Part shown: in pieces, positions 54,331-64,000 of the stretch
Position numbering within the stretch: position 1 is the first letter of the stretch
How the letters are laid out: each line of letters begins with the position of its first letter
Source of the DNA: Octopus vulgaris
Taxonomy: Eukaryota
Direction: 5' to 3'
Assembly: GCA_951406725.2 (NCBI GenBank)
Contig: OX597817.1
Coordinates: forward strand, 86,800,001-86,864,000
Length of the DNA stretch: 64,000 nt
Position numbers and translations under genes: made by a program
The notes under the pieces: generated by a model
Databases searched by the model: none
What the model was told of the DNA's origin: nothing
The model's input: only the letters and a program-made list of their open reading frames with translations

Positions 54331-57300
54331 GATGTGGCGACGTATTCTGGTTTACGGTTGCAGTCCAACGCCTGCTTTGCACCTTCCTGCCGCCCACCGC
54401 TTCGTAGTCTCCATGTACATCCTAAAGACACGAATCATCATGATATCGCTAACTCTTCCCCAATATTTAGATGGCTTCCAGTTTTCCCTGTCAGCTAACT
54501 TTTCTCAACTACAGCTTTAATCTTTATGCTCTTCAACGCCGTTGACTGTTCATCAATACATCAAGCAGTTCCTGATAAAAGGAGACATAAAAATCGTCAA
54601 ATGTAGCCATTTAGCACACGCTGATAAACACACACAAAAGGCAACTCTCATGAAAACCCGTTACCGATATATATTTAACAATCACGTATCAATGTTTTGT
54701 GAATTTATTGAAAGCTTTAATTTTCTTCGCGATATCACCTGCGTCAATGAGCTATACGCTACTGTTTAGCAGTGAGAATGTCATGCACATAAATGACAGT
54801 GTTCTCTCGGTAGCTACATTGTAATTACACTTTTAACTCTGTTTGCACACGGAATATTACTTTCTTTTATCCAGTTCATTAAAACTCATCGAGTCGTTAA
54901 ATGAATTAACTGTTACCGCATCCCATATCTCAACCATTTATTTAGTTGCAATATGATGAAAGATAATTAAAAACAATTCGTACAAATCCCACTTCCATGT
55001 GGGTGCCTATTTATAATTTTGTCAAAAGTTTTCTGTATTCATATCGAAGTTGTCTTTAGAATGTGGGTATCATGACACAAATATTTCCCGTTGACTGAAT
55101 CGTTTTAGGATTCCATGATTTGGTGATTTCTTTCTTAATTGCAAAATATTTAGGTAATTTAGCAACTAGCAAGAGATATCGTTTGAACTGCAAATATGAA
55201 AATAATGATATTAAACATATTTAATGAAGTTTAAAATGACTTAATACGCTGATACGATCAGAGTTATCGCTTAAATTATTCAATATTTTGGCAAAAACGT
55301 TTGTGCAGCTGTTTAAATATCATACAGTATTTAGTTTCGTTTCTCCGCATTAAAATTCAATCTTTTTGATGGTTTACTTTGCTGTTTATCCTTCAAAATG
55401 AACAAAATAAATACTAGCATTATATACCAGTATATTACAGGGACTTGTTTTAATGATATACAAAGAGAAAGAGGAATGAAGAGTGTAATAACAATAAACA
55501 GATTATACCAACTGTAAAAAATTGACCTTGTGCCTAGTCGTAAGAAATTAATTATAAATTTGGAGTGAAGCAATGAGGATGCTTCAATGAATTCGTCACA
55601 AACTCATTAGAATTAATAAAAAGCACTAAAATAGTTTACTAATTTCACATTTCTTACCATTGGAACATAATATCTCACCATCCTTCAAGTCAGATTTTCA
55701 GTCTTTCGCTGGCTTTTCTACTACTTTGGCGGTTTTTACTCATTTACACTGCAACCTACTCGATGCATCTATTTCTCCTCTTCTCATACGTCTCTGTAGT
55801 TTCTCCTTAAGACACTGTATTAAGCATGCTATTCACACATTCTTTCCGATATCAGTATTTCCTTTCTATGTTCATGATTTCGTTCCAACTATGAATCTGC
55901 AATGCTTGGCTGGGAGATACAAAAATGTTATGGTTATCATTCTCTTGTTTCTACTCAAAATAATTGACCAGTATTATAACATCTTTTTTCTAACTTTATG
56001 ACTCAACTGTATATTTATTCAGTTATTACATAAGAAATATAGTTAAACGTTCTTATGGGACGAAAAAAACAGCAACTGGATACCAGTTTAAGAAGATTAA
56101 GAAAAATTCACCCCATGAATGAATTAAACTCGTCTTTTGTTTCAATATTGGATTGTTTTAAGATATTGGAATGTTGCCTGGATCTGAGCGATAAGTTTAA
56201 GAAATTCAAAGAAATCATCCAATGATTAGTCATGATGAAATATTAGTCTTTAGTCTTTCAGCAGTTATCAATACCCTATAAATAACCATAGTAGCAATCC
56301 AGATAAATTATTTTCCATACAACTTGATTACTGTTAATAATTTAATACTTTAAATCAAACATGTGTCGCAGAATTTATTCAGTAAAAATAATCTGGTGTT
56401 AATTTCTAACAGTTATTGAGCTAAAGAGTTCGAGTTCAGCAAAAGACTTCTCTTAACAAGTTACGTCCATTTTTCTGTTATAAGTTGACATAACCTAGAT
56501 AGAATATATCCCAAATTCATTTTAAACAAAATAATTTTAATTTTTCAAAACCGCAGGTGAAATTCCAGAAAATTTTGATAAATCAGTAAGTCACCATGAA
56601 CCAAGAGCAACACCACAACTCAAACGTTTATATGGTTTTCAAGCTCTGCTCCATTAGTATTTTAATGTCATGGGATTCGTCTTCTATCTTTTGTAACAGC
56701 GATGTCATGTTATATGTATGTGTGTATAGGTGTAGGCGTGTATGTATGTGTGTACATGTACACATACATATTACACGCATATACATATATTGTCCGGTCG
56801 CTCAGTTAAGTGGCTTATTCGAATAGAAATAATGTAATAAACGCCACTTGACCAGTTCACTGAAGTGGTTTGACGTAAGAGAATGCTTTAAGTGTTAAAT
56901 AAAAATGTTTTGGGCGACACAATGAATTATATCATACAAATATCTACTATGATAATACTCTAGTGTTTTTCTCCGCCATAACATATGAATGAGAAAGGAA
57001 GGGGTAATAGATGAATAAGGAAGGAAGGAAGGAAGGAAGGAAAGAAGGAAGGAAGGGCTGATGACAAACTGTTGGGAATGTGAACGTTCAACGCTGAAAA
57101 GAAAAATCAGACAGCGTTTCAACTCCGTGTGAGTATATGCATGTATGTGTGTACGAGTACAAGGAAAGTATGTGAATGTATGTGAACATTGAAAAGTGTA
57201 TTAATTTGATTTACCATCTATATTCATATATAAAATACTTCAAGTAGCCATCATTTTTGACGGCACGGGGCCAGCTAGTATATCATAAACAATCGAACGG

Positions 57301-58124
57301 TACTTGATTTTCGTTTATATATCATCTGATATTAGTTTGCCACTCATTTTGTAAAGAGCATTTGTTCCGCTCTTTACATTCAGTATTCAAAACCCGCCGA
57401 GCCTAACTACATTTCATCCATTTGGTGTCAATAAAATAAAGTATCAGCCAAGTTCTGGGCTCGATGGTATTGACTAACCCTCTCACTTAAAAAATTCTCT
57501 GTGTCTAAATCTGAAACCAATATTTAATGTGACTTTGTGACGTTGTCGTTTGTATTTCATTCACTAGTATAAAACTTTTCCCTTGTTGCGTCAAGTGTCC
57601 ATTGCTTTTAGACCCGATCTTTCAGTTAAATGCTGTACAACTGTAAACGTAGATTTTCTTAGGTTTGCTGCAACATTTCTACTACAATCCAATCGGAATT
57701 TGAATACTGTGACCTGAAATCTCAATCTTTGCAAGTGTAAAAAGTCATCGCCAAACTTTGAAATCGAAAGTGAAGTTTTTGCTGATTCATTATTCTTCTG
57801 CTTCTCTATAATGTCCTAACATTTCAATGAAATTTTAGTTTATGAAATATTGACTGTATCACTAAAAGACATTATTTGTATTATTTTTACACATATCAAC
57901 GTATAATTAATTAATACATATCAACAATTACTTGAGTTTTATTTCGAGCAATCTTTACTGCTTCTTCAAATCCATCAAAATTGTAAATAAACTGAAGTTT
58001 GAGTTTGCCCAGATGTCTTTCGTATTTTTCTCAGCAATATCAAAGCACTGAGTGATTTCCCCAGACTTTGTTAATTTTAGGCTTCATTTCTTTATCAATA
58101 ACATATATTAATTAATAAACTGTA

Positions 58125-58310
58125 GGCGGCGAGCAGGCAGAATCGTTAGCACGCCGTACAAAATGCTTAGCAGCATTTCTTCCGACTTTATGCTCTGATT
58201 CAAATTCTACCTTTCATCCTTTCGGGATCAGTGAAATAAGTACCAGTTGAGCACTGGGATCTATCTGATCGAGTAGTCCCTCCTACCAAATTTTAGGCCT
58301 TATATCTGAT
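58125..58310 (+). mobile_element. SINE family B
   Basis: ggcggcgagcaggcagaatcgttagcacgcc... Confidence 0.8.
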
Positions 58311-58864
58311 GTATAAAGAATGAATTAAATGTGTATGGAAGCGTCAGACGTTGAAAAACGTCTTGTAAAAATGCCAAAATGATGTAGTTGATGGCAGATT
58401 AATCTAACATTCAATTATTAATGTAATAGAGATTGTGGAACACGAAGTGAATTTATTTTTGTTTTTGTTTTTACAATACATTTTTCATTATTTCAGGTAC
58501 AAAAAGAATTGAAGGGCAATCTTCAAAAACTGTAGCATTAATCAAGGTTTTTATTTTCCTTTGCTTTCCATATGAATGGAAGCGTGACATTTACGAAGCC
58601 GTTAAGTTCCTTTGAATTTCCAACACGATGCTCAAGCATGGATCTTAATTTACAGTCTTCAGCTGCATTATATCCAGACAATGTCATTAACCGATTTTAG
58701 CTACTTTAAAGCCTAATTTCGAGATTTTTCTTTCGCAATGCTGTATTATATTGACATGTGTTTCTAAAACAGAAGGTAAGAAATGGCCAGGTTTATCTAC
58801 ATAAAAAAGAAACAAATATTCGTGAGGAATGTGTAACAATATTTTATTATTTTCTTCTAATTAA

Positions 58865-59045
58865 GGCGGCGAGCTGCCAGAATCATTAGCACGACGGGCA
58901 AAATACTTAGCCGCATTTCGTCCGTCTTTAAGTTCTGTGTTCAAATTCCACTGAGATCGACTTTACCTTTCATCGTTTCGGGGTCGATAGAATCGACTTA
59001 GCCCGATCCCGGAATTGCTGATTTTGTGCCAAAATTTGAAATTCA
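58865..59045 (+). mobile_element. SINE family B
   Basis: ggcggcgagctgccagaatcattagcacgacgggcaaaatac... Confidence 0.8.
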
Positions 59046-59869
59046 TTATTTCTCCTAATTGTTTTCGGACTTTGCCGATAGACTCTCTCGCTCTCTCCCC
59101 CTCTCTCTCACACACACTCATTCAGTCACGCAGGGATAGCAGAGTATCGAAACTTTCCTTCGAGAGAGATACATTCTGTTGAACCGCGTCCTTGTTATAA
59201 CGATGTGTATATAACTGTTCATAAAGGAAAACCAAAATATGTTGAACATGTCTCCCTACCACATACTTAGGAAAAAGTTTCATCCTATACAACCAATGCT
59301 ACTCAGGTTTCAACAAGACCTTTATTATTATTATTATTATTATTATTTTTCGTCTGTTTTGGCATTATTAAGATCAGTCACGGTGGTATTGCAGCATAAG
59401 TTCCCGCACTACTATAGAGAAAACGAAATACAAAAATACTCCCAAGTATCAGAATGGTAGCACTACTGCATCCTTGGACTCTTAACAAAACAAAACAGAA
59501 ACCTATGAAGGCGCATCTTTACTAATGGTTATATCGAAAAATGTTATTCAAAAACGGTTATAATCAACTCAGAAAATATGTTTAAAATCATGGATGAATG
59601 TTACTCCCGTATATATTTAAGTACAAACTATCGTTTATGGCACTTAGTTTCCACTTTTTATAGTTAATAGCATCGAATTTTGTAAGTGATGTCTGAAAGA
59701 CTAATTCTATTAACTATAAAAAATTCGGAATTCCTAAAAATAATGCAAATATTTTGATAGATACCAATATTTAACTGATACCAATGTGGAGAAAATGACA
59801 TTTTTAGCACATGATTTAATTATTTATTTGACAGTCATGTCACTACATAAGAATACTATTAATTTTTTA

Positions 59870-60080
59870 TTTAAAATTTTAGCACAAGGCCAGCAATTTC
59901 GGGCGTGAGGATAGTCGATTACATCAACCCCTGTGTTCAACTGATACTTATTTTACCGACCCCGAAACGATGAAAGGCAAAGTCGATTACGGCGAAATTT
60001 GAACTCAGAACGCATAGTCGGAAAAAATGCCGCTAAGCATTTTTGCTCGATGCCGTAACGAATCTGCCAGCTCACCGCCG
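59870..60080 (-). mobile_element. SINE family B
   Basis: ...tttgaactcagaacg...aacgaatctgccagctcaccgcc. Confidence 0.8.
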
Positions 60081-60215
60081 GAGGAAGACCAATAAGTATT
60101 AACACAAAAATATGGAGAACGTATTACATATGAAAGACGACATCTATGTAAACCAACCAGCCAACCAACCAACCAAACTACCAATGAATGAATGAACAAA
60201 TCAATCAGTCAATCA

Positions 60216-60260
<45 letters not shown>

Positions 60261-60568
60261 CACAACACATACTTAATTGATTTCACACAGGTACAAATAT
60301 AGGAAAAAGAGTTGAAAATGCACTGAGAGCCTTGTAGATGGTCTATTTTTAAAGGCGTAACAGGTTTCACATATTTTTCTGGTTTTGAAAAGTTAAGTGA
60401 GATAGAAAGACGTGGGACTATACCACAACTGCAACTGTATTGTTTCTGACTGGAGATCGAAAATTTTATAGAGAAAATATAGCTCAAAATCAGTATCTGT
60501 TTAGAATGCAGTTTCATTGGCCGAGGATGCTTACGTGATGAGGCTTAGACATTTTTCTAAGTTTCCCG

Positions 60569-60615
<47 letters not shown>

Positions 60616-60629
60616 ATAATAATAATCCT

Positions 60630-60820
60630 TTGTACTAAAGGTACAAGGTCTGAAATTTTGTGGGAGGGGAGTAGTCGATTACATCGACCTCACTGTTTTA
60701 CGGGTGCTTCATTTATCAACTCCGAAAGGTTGAGAGGCAAAGTCGACCTCTGCGGAATTTGAACTCAGAACGTAGCGACGGGCGAAATACTGCAAAGAAT
60801 TTCGTCCAGCTCACAGCCTT
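60630..60820 (-). mobile_element. SINE family B
   Basis: gcaaagtcgacctctgcggaatttgaactcagaacgtag. Confidence 0.75.
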
Positions 60821-61235
60821 ATCAATAATAATAATAATGAGGATTATTACGAAGTTGCATAGCATTACGTATAATTCTTTTTCATACATATACTGCCTTA
60901 TATAGCCTTACATATGTTTCAACCTATTTTGAATACCTGAGAGCGAACCGGTAAATATTTGGAGCAATATATATAAAACAGGCACTCCGTCGACTACGAT
61001 GACGAGGGTTCCAGTGGATCCGAACAATAGAACAGCCTGCTCGTGGCATTAATAGGTAAAGATATATAAGGTTACTTGTAAAATACCACTTACATGATAA
61101 TTCTATGTGTAAGAAGTTAACTTGATGTGAAAAAAGGACTGAATTGTAGCTCGTCAAAGAAGACGCAAATCCATTCATCTAATAGTTTATTAATGTGTGC
61201 TTGTGTATGTGTGTATGTGTGTGTGGGTATAAATT

Positions 61236-61350
61236 GGCACGTGGCTTAGTAATTAGAGTTATTCGGCTCGCGACCGTAAGGTCGTGAATTTGATTTCTCG
61301 CGGCATGTTGTGTCCTTGAGGAAGACATTTTATTTCACGTTCCTCCAGGT
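61236..61350 (+). mobile_element. SINE family C (5' part)
   Basis: ggcacgtggcttagtaattagag..cggctcgcgaccgtaaggtcgtg...gttgtgtccttgaggaagaca. Confidence 0.7.
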
Positions 61351-62794
61351 GATAAAAGTGTCTTATTCTTTCTAATATTTCCAACAGCTTTTCAGATTGG
61401 TGAGTGGTCATGCACATTGAAAACAAAGAACCAACTCTCTTGTGGGTATTTCCTAATTAGGTTGGAAACAGAGTAGAAATCTTTCTCAAGCATATTGAAG
61501 GAAGAGCTTGTGGCTGGATGTCATATGTGCTGATTACTTAAGTCTTATGGAATAACATTTATGTAATCGGCACTCATGACTTATTTATCCATACTACTTC
61601 ATATGTAGGTGGGAAAGCTTGTCCAACGTTTCACGAAATTGTATCATCAATCATCTCTCCTGTTTGTAGTGTTGGTCTGTCCTAAGATTTGAACCTTTCT
61701 CTGTGTACTATGACTCAGATAGAAGAAACAGAAATATCATTGAATATTAAATGTTCAAAATCGATCATCAAAATGCTGTGACCAGAAGGGAAACTCTGAT
61801 GACCACATTTATCAAAGTTTACCCGAAGGAGTCTTTCACAGATTGATTATGATTGTACAGACAGAAAAGTATACACATATTTTACGGTAGATGGCACAGG
61901 AAGGACTCGGATAATGTATAATTGGTGGAACAGTCTTGGAATTATTGTAAATATTTCATCCATAGAACATAGAGGACTATGGATTAAATGTTCGAGTGCC
62001 TGGTTGGTTGCAGACATAATTTAATGGTGATTTAAGTCCATTATCATAATTGAGGATATCCAACTGTTTTAGATATCCTGTAGTCTTCCTTTCATTACTA
62101 AAATAAATACAAATCTCGTTGGGATGTTAGGCGCCTCAGCAATGCTTCTTTCTGTAACATGTCGAACATTGCGTTTCAAAGAGAGAAATATACAAACGAA
62201 TTACAGAACGAACTTCAAATGGTTGTTAATAATATTATGTTTACAAATATATATATTGATCTGACCCTGTTGTATAAGACAACTGCTTTTATGATATTCT
62301 TTACTATGACCAGCTTAATCTTGGTAGACTCTGGCTAGTGTCTCTCTCAACCGCAGAAAATAGCTTCAGCTTCAATCTGCAAAATCACAACCTTTGCAAT
62401 AAAATGAAAATATTCACAACGTATTAGTGTACAGTTTCACCATTTCTTATTATAAAATATCAACACGCAGTTTAAAATTTCTTCTAATGCTCTTGATGAC
62501 CTCCATGGTTACTGAGGAAAGTCTTATCTGTTCAGATTACTTTATACAGTGCAAAAGATGTATTAAACACTACGCGCACCTGATCATCATTTGAAAACAA
62601 AGCCTTGTGATAAAAGTACAATAATAACACTTTTACTAATTGCATTACTTAGATTACAAAAGCTATAACAAAACCATACTGATTATTGCATTAATAAATT
62701 CGCATTTCCTCCCTATTTTTCAGGAAAACGCCTTTGAAATTCTCTGAACAAAATTTTTGCCAAAATACTTTAAGTAGTTGCGGGCGTGGCATAT

Positions 62795-62960
62795 AGGCGT
62801 AGGTGTGTTTGGGTGATTAAGAAGCTTGCTTCGCAATCATGTGGTCTTGGGGTCAGTCATACGGTGCGGTACCTTGGGCAAGTGTCTTCTGCTATAGCTC
62901 CGGAAGGATCAAAGCCCTTTCAGTGGATTCGATGGACGAAATCTGAAAGAAGCCTGACGT
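62795..62960 (+). mobile_element. SINE family A (5' half)
   Basis: aagaagcttgcttcgcaatcatgtgg...accttgggcaagtgtcttct. Confidence 0.75.
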
Positions 62961-63029
<69 letters not shown>

Positions 63030-63153
63030 TGTATGTATGTATGTATGTATGTATGTGTGTGTGTGTATATATGTGTGTGTATTTGTGCGTGCGCGCGCGT
63101 GTGCGTGTGTGTGAGTATATATATATGCATACATACACATACATATATACATA

Positions 63154-64000
63154 CAAGGAGAATTCATTAAAGATTTCCTCTGATCCACTTCCGGTTATTG
63201 CAGAATCCGGAACTGGTAGAGGTATAATCATACAAGTCTCTGCATGTCACATTGTAAATTGTAGCTTTCCACTAGTATTCTTTGTCTTTTACGGCTGCCG
63301 AAGTGGACTAAGGTGTTATAATGGAGGCAGTTGAATGTAGATCAGCGGTCAGTCATCAGGTTCTCATACTTGAAAAGTCGTACACCAAAAGAGACTTTCG
63401 ATGAGATGAAAGAAGCTTATGGTGACGATACATCATCATATGGCGTCGTCAAGCACTGGCATCGCCAGTTCAAATGTAGTCGGACATCGATGGAAACGGC
63501 TCCTATTTCTGGACGACCACATTCCGCAATTGATGACGGCACCGTCCGTAAAGTGGAAATGGCCATTTGGAGGATCACCGTGTAACTATTCGGAAACTAG
63601 CTCAAAATGTGAAGATAAGTGTAGGCTCCGTGTAAAAGATCATTCACGACCATTTTCACATGCGGAAGTTGTCTGCACGATGAATTCTCCGGATGCTCAC
63701 ACCTTTTCAGAAGTAGGAACGAGTCAATTGCTCCCAAACTCTTTTGGCAATGTGCCAAGAAAACGAGGAGGATATTTTCGGCAGACTTATCATACAGGAT
63801 GAAACATAGGTCCATCACTATGATCCTGAGTCTAAAGTTCACTCGAGGCAACGGAAACATGATAACTCACCACTGCTAAAGAATGCTCGTTTCAAATTCT
63901 CAGCAAGGAAGGTGATGCTCACAGTCTCTTGGAACCAGAGAGGAGTTGTGATGATGATGGCCTTTCTGGCAAAGGACACCACAATTGACGTGGAATATTA
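63154..64000 (+). mobile_element. Degenerate mariner related to the 17677-18908 element, running off the window end
   Basis: TA + TIR-like caaggagaattcattaaagatttcctctgatccacttcc; ATG at 63321 MEAVECRS; VIRFSYLKSRTPKETFDEMK; QDET*VHHYDPE; several stops and frameshifts. Confidence 0.9.

Noticed and set aside
61350-62170. Coding-like composition suggesting an old transposase or pseudogene
   Set aside because: Stops in every frame examined and no identifiable motif.

Overview
AT-rich, repeat-dense eukaryotic genomic DNA. The SINE families, (TA)n abundance and TE content suggest an octopus or other coleoid cephalopod (inferred, not verified). Left part (1-27.1 kb): 11 phase-compatible GT-AG exons (2575 nt, ~858 aa, ~8 cadherin repeats) of a neural-cadherin/CadN-type classical cadherin on the + strand, open at both ends. 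Its introns are CpG-depleted and filled with SINEs, mariner, piggyBac, Penelope and RTE remnants. A ~5.5 kb compound TA/TG satellite (28.0-33.5 kb) and a 100-N gap follow. Right part (33.9-64 kb): no recognisable host CDS, CpG-richer, with a young 5'-truncated CR1-type LINE (785-aa open RT ORF), mariner/maT remnants, MITEs, SINEs and several Penelope-like termini in microsatellites. The most notable signal is a set of minimal hammerhead-ribozyme motifs in unrelated Penelope-like termini whose core 3-8 tertiary pair covaries (C-G, U-A, A-U). All calls are by eye; no database searches were run.
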